A DNA stretch of 64,000 nt, taken from positions 107,880,001-107,944,000 of the forward strand of contig OZ024741.1 in assembly GCA_964016885.1 (NCBI GenBank), written 5' to 3'. Of the stretch, positions 39,266 to 54,053 are shown one piece after another. Every line of letters starts with the position of its first letter. Within the stretch, counting starts at the first letter, position 1. The notes under the pieces are model-generated. The model ran no database searches, was not told the DNA's origin, and worked only from the letters and a program-made list of their open reading frames with translations. The position numbers were made by a program, and so were the translations under genes. The stretch is from Eledone cirrhosa (taxonomy: Eukaryota).

Positions 39266-40550
39266 AATTATATAATTAATTAATTAATTTTATTGATATA
39301 TTGAACCTGTCGATAAATCATTAGATTCTTTCATCCTTTTTTGAATGATTATACACTCAAATAAAAATAACTTTTCTTCCTAAATATAAACAAATATAAT
39401 AAACTATTCTAGAGAAATATACTGAGAGCTCTTGAAGGGAGAAACTATTTCTCATATGTCATTTTTTGTTTTTTATTATTTTATAGCTTCTCCTATTTTC
39501 GAAAGTTTATCCTTTCAAAGTTTCTGTTTATTTTTCTTATGGATATAAAATAAGTTAAATATACGTAGAACATTTTCTATACTAAATATATTAAACATAC
39601 TATTATTTTGAAATTATAACTTGAAATATTCTATAATATTTTAAAGTTATATTGATTTTAAAGTTATATTGCTTATAATTATATTTCCAAATCGTAATAT
39701 AGTTCTTTTGTATTTGATGTACTCAATTATACTATGTACTGTATTTATATGTACTTCTCTCTATATGTGTGTACATATGTATATGTGTGTATTGACATGC
39801 ATGTACATATGTTTTATGCGTGTATGTCTATCTGTATGTTTATATATACGTGATGCGTATCTACCTATTTGTGAGTGTACATATATGTATGTATATGTGG
39901 GAATTGTGTATGTACATGTGCGTGTTTATACATATAATTCGATCGCACTTATGTATAGTGATATCCCAAGATTCGTGACAAAAAGACATATAATAACTGC
40001 CATAAATACATAACAGGTAATCATATAAAACTTATATAAAAAATTTTGTTTAATAAGTGTGTATAACATAAAATTTCCTTTAATATCTTAACAATTTAAC
40101 ATTTTATAAGATTCCTATATCTTAAATTAAATTAAAGAATCCTTTATATTTTGTATGTATATGTTATATACGTAGTTAGATATGTATATGTATTTTTATA
40201 AGTGTGTATATATATTTATATGTACGTATTTTTGCGTGTGTATACGTGTTATGTAATATATAGATCTTTAATAATATATGGATTTCTTAATATATAGATC
40301 CCAATTTTTAATATATTGATCTCGATATATTTAACTGATTAACTAAACATCTTATCTTATTTAAACAATGGTTAAATTTCTCATATTATATATGTATATT
40401 CCATTCATGATTATTAACATTTCTAATTTTTATTTATTCATTTCATCTCAATTGTTAAGTTAACTCAACAAGATATGACTTAGAGTTTTTCGTTCTCTCT
40501 CATTTTTTCCGTCTTCTCTCTCTCTCCATATTTCTCTCTCTGTTTATTAT

Positions 40551-40627
<77 letters not shown>

Positions 40628-40776
40628 TTCTATTTCTCCGTAACCCAACGGCTTATCTTAAAAATATCCAATACTAATAATTAACGCTATAACTCCACTA
40701 TCCGGGAGCTTCCAACAGTAATGGTTGCATTCTTTAAGGGTATGTCAATATTTATTTATAAAACTGATCTATATTA

Positions 40777-40841
40777 TATTTTATCTGATGAAAGCACACC
40801 ATAATTTAACTTGGTGTCCTTGAAATATGTATAATGAAATA
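40777..40841 (+). ncRNA. minimal type I hammerhead ribozyme (family D, copy 1)
   Basis: tattttat-CTGATGA-aagcacacca...tggtgtcctt-GAAA-T-atgt-ATA-atgaaata. Confidence 0.8.
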
Positions 40842-40902
40842 AATATGGTTTTCTAAATATAGTTTCCATTTGTTAATATCGTAATTTTATATATATATTT
40901 AA

Positions 40903-40990
40903 TATAGAAATGGGTTCTACGGGACATGAACTGTTTCATTCGGAGGAATGAGCTGTTTCATTCCTCCAAAATGAAACAGTTCTAGTCTCA
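40903..40990. repeat. family E mini-palindrome (3' halves of HHR head-to-head)
   Basis: gaactgtttcattcggaggaatga pairs with tcattcctccaaaatgaaacagttc. Confidence 0.65.
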
Positions 40991-41103
40991 GCGATAAAAT
41001 CAAGTACCAGTAGTACACTGGAACAATTGCTGGCCTTCTGCCAAAAGTAGAAACAATTATATTTATTGTATTTAGCTATGTAGAGCGATAACATCTTGTT
41101 AGT

Positions 41104-41157
<54 letters not shown>

Positions 41158-41212
41158 CGGTTGCATTTTGTAAGGGTATGTCAATATTTATTTATAAAAC
41201 TGATATATATTG

Positions 41213-41277
41213 TATTTTGTCTGATGAAAGCATACCATAATTTAACATGGTATCCTTGAAATATGTATAATAAAATA
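41213..41277 (+). ncRNA. minimal type I hammerhead ribozyme (family D, copy 2)
   Basis: tattttgt-CTGATGA-aagcatacca...tggtatcctt-GAAA-T-atgt-ATA-ataaaata; C-G to T-A covariation relative to copy 1. Confidence 0.8.
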
Positions 41278-41316
41278 GATATGGTTTTATAAATATAGTT
41301 TCCATTTGTTAATATC

Positions 41317-41348
<32 letters not shown>

Positions 41349-41356
41349 GTGTGTGT

Positions 41357-41394
<38 letters not shown>

Positions 41395-42278
41395 GTGCGT
41401 GTGTTTGTGTTATGTATGAGAGATTGTATTTTTTATTTTTTCAACAGATTAATAGTTTAAGCAGTGAATATTTGCTTGCGTGCGCGCGTGCGCACACACA
41501 AACACACACACTCACACACAGACGTACACACCCGCGCTCACGCACGCATTTGTATTTACATATGCACGTGTGTGTGTACTTCTGATAGACTGGCTTGGCG
41601 TGCAAGTGTGTGTGTAAAAGAAGGATGTTAAGAGAATGCATGTGAGTATGAATGAATCAGCGTCTCTGATGTGCCCTGTATATCTGAGCATGACATGTTG
41701 ACAGCAGAGTGACTGTATACATGTGTATATGAGGAGGGACAGAATGAGAGAGAAAGAGAGAGAGATAAAGAGAGGGATGGGGAAAGAGAGAGAGGGGGAG
41801 AGGGAGAGAGAGAGTATCGAAGAGTGAGGGGAAGGAAGACTGGAGTATAGAGGCAGAGAAGGAAAGAGAGAGGTAGAAAGAGAACTTAAGTACGCGCACA
41901 TGTCTGTGGATGTATGTATGAGCACGCTATATCTACTTATGTATGTATGTGTATATCTCCACGAGTGTGTGCATAATTGTGTGCGTGAGTGGTAGAGCGT
42001 GTGTGTGTGAAGGGGAGAGTATGTGTGTGAGGGGGGGGGGGGAGTGTGTGTGGGTGTGTGGGTGTGCATGTGCGCGTGATTGCGCGCATGTACTGCAGTT
42101 CTTTGTATGATGTGCTATGTAAGGTAGCTGCGTGCCAACCCAACATTAAGGTACCTGAAAGGTGAACCACGTGTCACAGTTATATTGCTGCGAAGGGAAG
42201 CATAGAACATATGTTGATTTAATATTCAGGCGGGAGATTATATGTATATATATGTGTGTATGTATTTGTATATATGTT

Positions 42279-42350
<72 letters not shown>

Positions 42351-42391
42351 AATAAATATATATATATATATATATATATGTGTATGTATTT

Positions 42392-42449
<58 letters not shown>

Positions 42450-42475
42450 ATGTATTTATATATATATCTATATGC

Positions 42476-42527
<52 letters not shown>

Positions 42528-42605
42528 ATCAGGGTTCAATCGGGAGTAACCACAGTAAGTAAATTACTCAATACATAACAGAGTATAACTTTTTTATATA
42601 GAAAT

Positions 42606-42657
42606 GGCTTCTACAGGAATAGAACTGTTTCATTCGAAGGATATCATCAGAAAAGCC
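42606..42657 (-). ncRNA. type I hammerhead ribozyme (family E)
   Basis: ggctttt-CTGATGA-tatccttcgaat-GAAA-cag-ttctattc-ctg-TA-gaagcc. Confidence 0.72.
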
Positions 42658-42858
42658 GACTATCAATGTAATATCGTGGTATTTATACATATTCTGATGG
42701 TAGTTGATGGTGGTGATTGGGATGGGTGGACGTTATTGGTTGATGGATTTAAAGAATGGGGATTCTTTAAAAAAAATATATTTAGATAAAAATGCGTATA
42801 TGTATATATATATATATATATATGCATATAACTGTACGTATGTGTATGTGTTTGTATG

Positions 42859-42964
<106 letters not shown>

Positions 42965-43094
42965 CCATGCATATATATTTATACATACATATAATTGTAT
43001 ATATATGTATGTATAAATATATATGTATACACATAAAATTTACATATGCATATACATAATTGTATACTTATATATCTCTATTTATTTGTATCTA

Positions 43095-43420
43095 TATACA
43101 CTGCTATGAATAGGTAGCAGAAAATTATAATCAATTTTTGGGGTAATTACGGTGTTATAATAGAAATAGCGACTAACAGTAAAATAGTCAGTTTCCTAGA
43201 CATAAACTTAAACCTTGATTCCGGCCTTAACTGCACATATCATAAATTAAACGAAAATCTAAATTACGTTAGCTACTTCTCCAACCACCCGAGGCCTGCA
43301 ACGAAGGCTGTAGACAATAGCGTAGTCCATAGTATCTCTTGATTTTCAGCTAATAGGGACATCTTCAATAGCAAAGCTAGTTCCTTCAATGACGCATTAG
43401 CTAGAGTGGATACCAGGATA
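43095..43420 (+). pseudogene. PLE reverse transcriptase C-terminal/thumb remnant
   Basis: SKIVSFLDINLNLDSG...YHKLNENLNYVSYFSNHPR...FSANRDIFNSKASSFNDAL. Confidence 0.75.
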
Positions 43421-43689
43421 AAATAGAATTACTCCCCTGTACATAAGCAGAAACAAACACACGGTACAAACAGTGGCTGGGACACGATAACTGAAAATAA
43501 ACCCAGATGTACCCAAAGCAAACATAGTAGAGATAGAACCAACTCAGCATGCCCCAGATATAATATAACAAGTACCATAAGCTTAACCTGGAGGCAGGAA
43601 CAATTAAACAAGCCCAGGGACACAGAAACCACACGACAAATAGTTACAACACTAGATCTAACAACCACTCCGTCGTTAATCCTATTCAT

Positions 43690-44576
43690 GCCACTAGGAT
43701 GACGCTGGTACGATGTGTGTATTTTTAAGAAATACAACACGTGCTACGGATCATTGGCTGATTTGCATTTGTTGTTTAAACACAGATAGTTAAATCTTCT
43801 CCCTTGTTGAAAATCCAGGTTTTGACTGCTGCGATTTACCGATTAATGGTGAAATATATTTCTTTAATTGAATATATACAAGGAAGATTAATCATTTTAA
43901 AAGGTATCTATATTTGAAGTTCTAATTAAACTTTAATTGGCTAACTACCTAGCTGTGTGTGCTTACACGCTTTACAAATTATCCACTGTGATTGTTTCAT
44001 ATGTTTATTTAGATATATATATATATGTCAATAAATTTCTAGTTGATATAAAATGCTCGGATCTATTCATTGGAATCTTTGAGCATATTCTACAGTGGAA
44101 ATGGCGCATGTCTCTCGGACATTACACCTTTAATTTAATTTTGGGTATATATACGGCCCCTTAATTGTAGAGCTAACTCAGCTAAAAGGACTCGGCTGCT
44201 ATTTCTAGCTGTCGATAATCCTTTTCACGCCACTAGGATGACGCTGGTACGATGTGTGTATTTTAAAAAAAATGCAACACGTGTAACGGATCATTCGTTG
44301 ATTTGCATTTGCTGTGTAAACAGATAGTTAAATCTTCCCACTTGGTGAAAATCGGGATTTGACTGCTGTGATTTACCGATTAATGGTGAAATATATTTCT
44401 TTAATGAAATATATACAAGGAAGATTAATCATTTTAAAAGGTATCTATATTTGAAGTTCTAGTTAAACTTTAATTGATTACCTACCTAGCTGTGTGTGCT
44501 TACACACTTTACAAATTATCCCCTGTGATTGTTTCATATGTTTATTTAGATATATATATGTCAATCAATTTCTGGT

Positions 44577-44580
<4 letters not shown>
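43690..44580 (+). repeat. two direct ~360-bp copies (period ~540 bp) downstream of the PLE RT remnant
   Basis: 43690-44050 matches 44229-44580. Confidence 0.85.
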
Positions 44581-44635
<55 letters not shown>

Positions 44636-45154
44636 GGTGTATGTGTGTGGGTGTGTGTATACACACACACACATATATATATATAGAGAGAGAAACATGT
44701 GTGCTTGTGTAATAGTTCAACAAATCGGAGACGGAAAAAGGGGACAAATTTGTCGTGCAAGTGCGTTACTCACTACACTGAGAGAATTCAGATCTTTACA
44801 TTCGTCTTTTTAGAAGATTTCAAGCCTGTTGCTGGAAATGTAAACAAAACGGTTGACTTAAACATCATTGTGAAAATTTGAAATACGTGCGTTCCAACGC
44901 AAATTATCATAATAATAGTCAATCTATATAAATAATAGTTGAGAGAATCCGGTAAAATATTACCAAAGATGGAAGACAGATGACAGTTAAATGTGACGAA
45001 CCGATCTCTGCTCCACTCGGGTGCAGCTCCATTGCCGTAACCACTATTCTAAAGACCCGCGTGTCAACTATTCCCCTATTTTAGATCTCTAGCTTATTAT
45101 AAATGTACATACATATATCATATTCTCTTACACCACTGAATTGGTGATTCTACA

Positions 45155-45775
<621 letters not shown>

Positions 45776-46203
45776 GAAGTGCAGCGAGTACATTATTAAA
45801 GTATGGGTAGTGTGAACGTTGTTGAACTTACACGTAGCAATGATAGCAGACAAAGGCACAGAGTGAGAAAGAGATAGAGTGACAAAAAGAGAAAACAATA
45901 TATAGATACTGTGTGTTACTGTGTGCGCGTGAGTGTTCCTATAAAGCGTGATGGAAGAGAAATAATGGAGCAGGGAGGGAGAAGAGAAGTAATGGCTGAG
46001 CTTTTTGTTGGATGTAAATATTTATTGCCTTTGTTCGTCATGTTGATTGGTAATGTGAGAGTTAAGTTATTGTCCGGGAGCCGACTTGTGTTCTACCCGC
46101 TTTTTTCTAGAGGCGGGACAGGAAATTAGGATAAGAAGCGGGTGGTACCACCGAATCGATTAATTTCTTTATATATACATGCATATCATGCATACACCCG
46201 CTC

Positions 46204-46245
<42 letters not shown>

Positions 46246-46248
<3 letters not shown>

Positions 46249-46344
46249 GGTGTCCCCAAAAATGTATACACACTTCAACAGCATTCTAATAAATATTGCC
46301 TGTACAGTTAATGAAAGTGTGTATACATTTTTTGGGACACTCTG
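46246..46344. mobile_element. 99-bp Tc1/mariner-type MITE with TA target duplication
   Basis: TA|CAGGGTGTCCCCAAAAATGTATACACACTT ... AAGTGTGTATACATTTTTTGGGACACTCTG|TA. Confidence 0.85.
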
Positions 46345-47229
46345 TATATTTTTAAACAATGAAAACAAACAAGACAAGTTTATTACTTAATTAATTCACT
46401 GATTTACGATGGTTTCAAAAGGGAAAATATACTAAGATATCTTTAATATATTGGAGCAAATCGATCGCAGATATACAGCTCCATATTATTAGCTAAAATA
46501 AAATACACCAATACATAAGATAGATAAATAGATTGATATATACTGGTAAGAAAGTCTCCAGAGAGCTGAACAGCAGAATGTCATTGGAGAAGAAACCTCC
46601 CCGAAGCAAGTGTTCCGTCCCTTAATAAGTATCAACAGAAGAAAAGCGATTTGTTAAATTACTACCACATGGTATGTTATTGTTTATTGTTTATTCAGTC
46701 TCAACCTTAATCAAGTAGATCTATCACCAAAAGTTATTCTAATTAAAAACAATTTTCTTGTACTTTATCACTACATCCAATGTCTCCTATTTTAAAAAGG
46801 TTGAGTGTAGATTTGAGATTGATTAGGCTACTATTTCTAGCAGTTAAATTATCATGTAGAGGCAATGGAAACATTTAATCGAACAAAGTATATGAATACA
46901 TCATATTTATATCGGCCCAGAAGGATGACAAATTTCATTTCGGTGGGATTTGAACTGAAAATGAAAAGAAAATAACCACATATTTCCAAATATTTAAGTA
47001 ATACGACATTACTGATATATGAACAAGATTAATGTCCAGATATATTGACTGGAATATCTACAATAAAGGTGACTAATATCACTACTGGGTTTTACTGTCT
47101 GAAACAAGACGCGATATTATATCAGGATAACTTAATCTAGCTCCAACAAAATATACTTGGAGACACAATCCTAATTCAAATGCTCCAAGATGAAAGTTAT
47201 ATAATATTCATATATATCTCGGCATCATA

Positions 47230-47722
47230 ACTATATTAAAGGGAGGAGTGCGGGACTGCGTCCCGAATATATTCTTTTATCCCGTTAGAAAAATAAGTTA
47301 GATTACTTTGAATAAATAATGAATGAATATTACATAATTTATCTACTACATTTCGTAGCTGTTGATTAAACATAAATATTGTTATATATAATGATTGCTC
47401 ATTTTAAGATTGACTTCTTTTAAAATGTTCAAATGTCTACACTTCCGGTTAGCGTCCGTTATATCATAACACTTATTACATTGCTTATATAAACATCCAT
47501 ATATTTGCATCGTTATATAAGGTTTCATGTAGTTTATATAAAATATCGTCTTTTTTAAATGTATCATGGATTACTTTACTGATTACAGAAGAGAGTGTAA
47601 CACAGTCTCTCTTCAATTTCTGTGTATATTGTCAGTTACGACTTTATTTGACATATCATATGTACATGCATGTATATTTGCATGCTAGCAGAAAACCACC
47701 GTTCGGGTGGTTTTTCTGCTAG
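47230..47722 (+). mobile_element. probable non-autonomous Helitron-like element (copy 2)
   Basis: Starts ctatattaaag and ends with the hairpin accacc-gttcg-ggtggt then ttttctgCTAG|T. Confidence 0.55.
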
Positions 47723-48242
47723 TGTCTTTAAAATAAGTCAACGTGAAAATACTACGGAATTTTATCGTACCAACAGTCCAATAGATAATACAACATGAAG
47801 CCGAACAAAAATGTTCCATGAGAAAATGGTGATAATGTACCAAGTATTGATATCGCCATACAAAAATAAAATAACGTGTTGTAGCGGTGCGTTGAAAAAT
47901 CAAGGAATTACACCGAATTAGTAAGAATAGAGGGCAATATATGAAGGAAAAGTATTACACAAGGGGGGATGTATGCACACACACAAGCACACGAAAAAAT
48001 AGAGAGAGAGAGATGGTATAATGGGTAGAGGTGTAGAAGGGTAAAGGGGGAAAGAGAACGAGAAAAAAAAGTATAATTGCCAAAGACATGTATATGACCG
48101 TAAACTAGCAATCAGAACCTTTGTTGAAACAAGTAATCAACGCAGAAGTGAAGAAAGGAGAAATACACACACACACACACACACACGTTTATATATACAC
48201 AGACACACACACATATATAAATATATATATATATGTATATAT

Positions 48243-48345
<103 letters not shown>

Positions 48346-48382
48346 GTCACAAACTCGCACACCCACACATATACATATATAC

Positions 48383-48424
<42 letters not shown>

Positions 48425-48894
48425 GGAAGAATAAATGGAAAGACCTTAATTTAGATTCGGAGTTCCCCGAGGGAGTTAAAGCAAGATTCGTATGTATTTT
48501 CAGTCCAAGATTGTATTGCTGATCCACAATTATCATGCAATACAGATGTAAACAACACAGTTCTATAAATAGGCTGCGACGTTTTGTCGATCATGTCGCA
48601 CAGATGAAGAATGCCGGCAATTTCAACGTAAATTATACTTTGTTCACACATGTTTACAAAATTAGATGGACTTCAATATGGTTCTACTTATCTGTGTTAG
48701 TGTATGTCCGTGTGCCTATGTATGTTCACATGTGTGTTTTGTATGTATGTGTGTCTTTTGTGTGTGCGTGTGTGTATTTGTGTTTGTATTTGTGTAAGTG
48801 TTTGTGACCCGTCTAGGATTGCCTGTTCCCCGTATATATCGATATAGGAACAATGCACTTATGTATGTAAAAATATATATACTGACGTCCTTAG

Positions 48895-51340
48895 CTTCTA
48901 ACATAGACACAAGATTCTGTCATTGGAATTTAGACATCAACTAGGCAGATGTGCCTGCATGTCTGCATGTAGGTGTGTGTGTGTGTGTGTGCGCGTGTGT
49001 GTGTATGTGTGTGCGTGTGCAGGTATGGATGTTATTATGAGGAGATCGATATGTTTTGAATTCTATGTGTACACGTGCATATGTTTTTTTTATCCATGGA
49101 TGTGTATATGCAGTTATTACATGCAGAATTATTGGACTGTTTTACATATATTTACAGTTCCATTAATGGATTTTACTTGTAACTAGTCGTGTTCTTTCTG
49201 GTCCTGTGAAGACCAACTTCTCAGGATTTGTACTGAGATTATTAGTAATATATCCTGGAACCGTAACGAATACAGATATAAATCTGAAAGTATAGTCAGG
49301 GTAGAATATCTGCATATTCCTCATTACTTCTGTACAGAATTTCTCATTTTTGATAATATTTAATATTATATGAGCATCAACTGGGCAGCTGACTTCCATT
49401 TCTGTGAATGCCTTCTTTTCCCTGTTCCATATCATTATATCTAGCTTGTTATGCTTGCATTTTATTATGATTTTGACTTGAACATTCCACCAATAGTCTT
49501 TCATAATATATATGTATATGTCTTCCACATTACTGTAATTATTAATATACTTATTGTCGGGGTCATCCTTTCGATGCATTGTATTGTGGTTTGGCCACTA
49601 CATCATGACTTATGTATAGATAGTACCATGATGACATACTTGGACAGCTGCTAACGACATGGGTGACACCTTCGATGTTAAATCTGCAGTATCTAGATTT
49701 GTGTTCACATCTAGGTGTTTTGCTTGCATCCTAACTTTTTTGTAAATTAGGGGTTTTGTTTTGATTTCTTGTTCTTGGATTGCAAAAGCATATCCTTCAA
49801 GGTGAGAGCCAATATAGCGGTCGTTGGCTTATCTGTATTAGTCTCACTTTGGAGCTTCCTGGGAACATATCCATGCATGATTTTTGGATGATAAGCATGC
49901 AGTGTTTCATCCATCAATTCACTGTAGTATTGTTGGGCAATTACCTTGGGTGTGGGTCTTTGATTATCATGCAGGGATTATTTCTCAAGTTGCGCCTTCC
50001 CATCTCTCATGTTTGTATCTGTCTCATGTAGACAGATTTTCTCAATAAATGGGCCCCTACGCTTGGTGGTTCGTAGATGTTTTCAGAAGGTTATGATGCG
50101 ACACTCAAATGCTGTCTGGACTGATGTTAGGCCTCTGCTTCCCTGTTTATGTTTCAGGTAGGGACAGTCTATGTCACTGTTGATGTTGATATTTCCGATA
50201 TTGTTTAGGATTTTTCGGGTTTTATCATCGATATCTCGAATTTCATCTCTAGACCAATCGAATGTTGCTGCTATGACAGGCCAGGCAATCACATTGTGAG
50301 CAACTGTTTTATTGTGCACAGAGATTTCAGATGTTCATATTTTTCTTAATCGGGTGTAATATTCCCTGGTTACGCGTTTGTGTTTTTTGTTTCTAATATC
50401 ATCATAGATATATTCTCATCTATCCTTGGCTATCTGTAGCAGTCCTCGTCAGATATCGGTGAAACAGTTAGGTCATTGATAAAATTGTTGCTAGATTGGC
50501 TTGCAGTTTTTCCACGCTTTCCAACCATATATGAACATTTATCCTGGCCAAACTCCATTTTTATATCCTTCGAGAACGTTGTAACCAGGTCAATATTTTT
50601 CTTCATCCCATTTAGGTTCTTTGCATAGATTTTCAGATCATCCACAAAGAAGTTATAGATTAGGTTTGTATTCCTGTCCTCCTGTGAACCAATGTTATAT
50701 CTGTCACATTTCTTGAGTAGAAAGTACAGGGTGTTTAATCACAGAATAAATAGTAACACAGAGAGACTGTCTCATTAAAATATACCCTTGCGATATTCTA
50801 TTTCATCAGTGAAAATCGAATACCCCTTCTCTGTTTTTAACTTTAGGACAGCAGTCTACGAAGAAGATAGGTTTTGTATGGCTCGGATAATAATTTGTGG
50901 GACTTTAGTAAGTATGTGGATGTGCGTGGCCTAGTGGTAAAGTTGTTGGTATACTCAGTATATTCAGCTGAAAATCAGTATCACCAATAGCTGGGAGCTT
51001 AAAGTTACGATGGATTGGTGTCCTGTCCAGGTCTTGAACTTTCAGTCACTTCACGCTGAAACTGGAATAAGCACAGGCCTATCGAGGCTACTGGCTTAAG
51101 AGATACTTTAGACTTTTAGACATTAGCAGGTCGAAGCGCCTGTATCATCCAACAATGGGGAAAAGAACCAAATGCTTTCCTGTAGTGTAACCATATTCCT
51201 TCTATGTTGCCGCACCTCTGATATCGCGGTTTTGTTAATTAGAAGTTCAGCGCATATCCAAACACCTTTCATCCCAGCAGCTTGCTTATCTGTGATCATG
51301 TTATTATTGTCAGTGATCTTGGAGAAATAGGTTTTGACAG
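48895..51340 (-). mobile_element. R4/Dong-type non-LTR retrotransposon remnant (RT to RLE), interrupted by a SINE
   Basis: FFVDDLKIYAKN...FSKDIKMEFGQDKC, IRDIDDKTRKILN...GSRGL, KCKHNKLDIMIWNREKK..EVSCPVD. Confidence 0.9.
50918..51120 (+). mobile_element. second tRNA-SINE family inserted in the R4/Dong RT
   Basis: A-box gtggcctagtggtaa, central gatggattggtgtcctgtccagg, and (actttag)-like tail. The RT frame resumes on both sides. Confidence 0.7.
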
Positions 51341-51490
51341 GCTGTGTACAGGTATATATGTATGCATTTATATTACCAAGGATCCAGTAGTGTGGTGAGT
51401 GAGCTTAAAAAAGCTTGTTGCATACATACATAAAAATATGCTCACAATCTCTATTTCTTTCTTTCTAGATAATCATCCTCTCCATTTAGG

Positions 51491-51527
<37 letters not shown>

Positions 51528-51602
51528 TCATATTCACACACACACACTTACACACACACACGCACACAAACGCACACAAACGCACAGACACAGACACACA
51601 CA

Positions 51603-51685
<83 letters not shown>

Positions 51686-52256
51686 TCATGAACGCACCAG
51701 CTGACTTTCGTTTATCCGACCGGTAATCATTATATACGAGGCAAGAATAAACATAAGTAAATACAATAAAGTAAACGGTAAATTACCCTAAAATCAATAA
51801 AAGTATACTGATAAACCAGTAGATTAAACGATTAAACGACAGCTTGAAATTGGGAAAACAAAATATAATAATAAAACAAAACCATAAATGAAATTTATTT
51901 CGGCACTTGTACTGGAATTGAACTTAAGTTCGAGGTAGTTCAATTCAGTGCATATCTGTAAAGGTTAATTTGGTAGTTTTCCCCATTCGTGCTGAATGAA
52001 CCGATATAGTGCGAAAATATATTTGGTATAACGATTAATATTTCCCGTTGGGTAAGAGAATCAAGACGTACTCAATATTGTTTTATCAATATATTGTTAT
52101 ATTACTTAATATTTATTCTCATATGCAATTGTATATAAAATTTCTGATATTTTTCATAATCATATTTTGGTATTTATCAAAAGCTAATCAGCCATACTCC
52201 TTTTTTCGAATATATTATTTCTATTACATCGTACTACTGTTACTACTTCAAATAAC

Positions 52257-52340
<84 letters not shown>

Positions 52341-52459
52341 TAAATATGTAAAAAATATTATTTGTATATATATATATATATGTATATACATACACGTATA
52401 TGTATATATGTATATGAATATATATGTACATATTCATGTAGATATATACATGTACGTGC

Positions 52460-52541
<82 letters not shown>

Positions 52542-52988
52542 ATATATATGTAAATAGGGAGAAAAACACGATTATTAGGAAGAAAAATATGTTTTTCCTT
52601 TATTATTTTCTATTTTTTTCTGGGTTAGAAAATGTTTAAAACAAAATATTTTACTTTGTATGAAGTGTTAAGGTTTTATTTAATTAATTAATTAATTAGC
52701 AATACCATTTATTTATTTATTTATTAATTTATTTATTTAATAATTGTCAATTACCGGTTTCAGCATTTTATGCATTATCAAATTATGTGAGTGTGAGAGA
52801 AAAAAAGGGGGTGGGATTTGTATTGGTATAAAATGTAGGAGAGAAGATAGGGTGATGTTGAACATGTTATTGAAATGGAAAGAAAGAATAATTTTATTTA
52901 CAAACAAGGTTTTTAAAGTAAAAGAATGGGTGATGTGGAACATGATAAGGTAATGGGAAAGAAAGAATCATATTATTTACAGGCATAG

Positions 52989-53180
52989 GGCGGTGAATTG
53001 GCAGTATCGGTAGAGGGTTGGACGCCATTCTTTCTAGCATAGTTACGTCCCTTTACAGTCTGAGTTGAAATCCTGCCGAGGTTAACTTTGCCTTTCATCC
53101 TTACGGGGTCGATAAAATAAAGTACCAGTAATGTACTGGGTAATTGCTAGCCTTGTGCCTAAAGTAGAAACAATTATTTT
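52989..53180 (+). mobile_element. full-length tRNA-derived SINE with ~17-bp target-site duplication
   Basis: GGCGGTGAATTGGCAGTATCGGTAGAG...GAGTTGAAATCC...cctttcatccttacggggtcgataaaataaagtaccagt. TSD attattt(a/t)caggcatag at 52972-52988 and 53173-53189. Confidence 0.85.
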
Positions 53181-53341
53181 CAGGCATAGTTCTTGAGGAT
53201 AAGCAGTTCATAAAGTGTTATTATGGCAGGAGCGCTTAGAGGAGTTGATCCATAATGCTACACATAAATGCATATATATATATATATACAAATAATATTT
53301 TTACATATTTACCACACACACACACACACACACAGACACAG

Positions 53342-53376
<35 letters not shown>

Positions 53377-53394
53377 CACATATATATTAGTTAG

Positions 53395-53950
53395 TTGTTA
53401 AATACAAAGCTTGGCCACATCAGAGTACATGATGCTCAGTTCTAGCATCAGATCTTACGTATATTTTTATAAAGCCGTCCACACAAATTCCATACTAGAT
53501 TTGGTGCAGCTTGGATAGCATGTGTATCTTGATAAACCTTGAACTGTCTCTTTAGAACTCCTTGAGATATGTAGATCTTTTGGCACATGGGACATTGATA
53601 AGGTCAAACCAGACTGTATATTCTATAGTTAGTAGGGAATGACCTTTTGTCTGTTCTTATATAAGATTGAACTCCTGCTTCTGACAGGCCGATTCTACCA
53701 CAAACTGTACAAGTAGAGAACCCCCCCCCCACCCCCATTAATTTCAGCTTCCCTTAGTGGCTGATATTTTCTTATATACCTCTTAATATTTACTTGCCTT
53801 AGTCTTATTTGCTCAAGGTTTTCATACCTTCGCATATTTTGGACGCCAGTTAGAGACATTACATGATTCTGCGGTCAATTCCTACATTCTTCAACTTCTC
53901 ATTGATAACTTGCCTCAGGATATTAATCACTATAATGTTATTTATCTCAT
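53395..53950 (-). mobile_element. RTE-type LINE 3' remnant with degenerate C2H2 fingers
   Basis: STCTVCGRIGLSEAGVQSYIR, YQCPMCQKIYISQGVLKR. Confidence 0.6.
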
Positions 53951-53986
53951 CTTACCAATGAAAATAGTGAAGTATTAAACTATAAA

Positions 53987-54051
<65 letters not shown>

Positions 54052-54053
<2 letters not shown>

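Larger units (their letters stand above)
38560..40890 (+). mobile_element. 5'-truncated Penelope-like element: GIY-YIG remnant, AT-rich 3' region, terminal HHR
   Basis: EN remnant at 38640-39265 and HHR at 40777-40841 lie on the same strand; that they belong to one element is inferred. Confidence 0.65.

Noticed and set aside
51985-52040. CTGAATGA...GAAA hammerhead-like string
   Set aside because: Stems II and III cannot be formed convincingly, and it is a single copy.
52989-53075. tRNA gene
   Set aside because: A/B boxes only, no cloverleaf; it is the head of a multi-copy SINE with a TSD.
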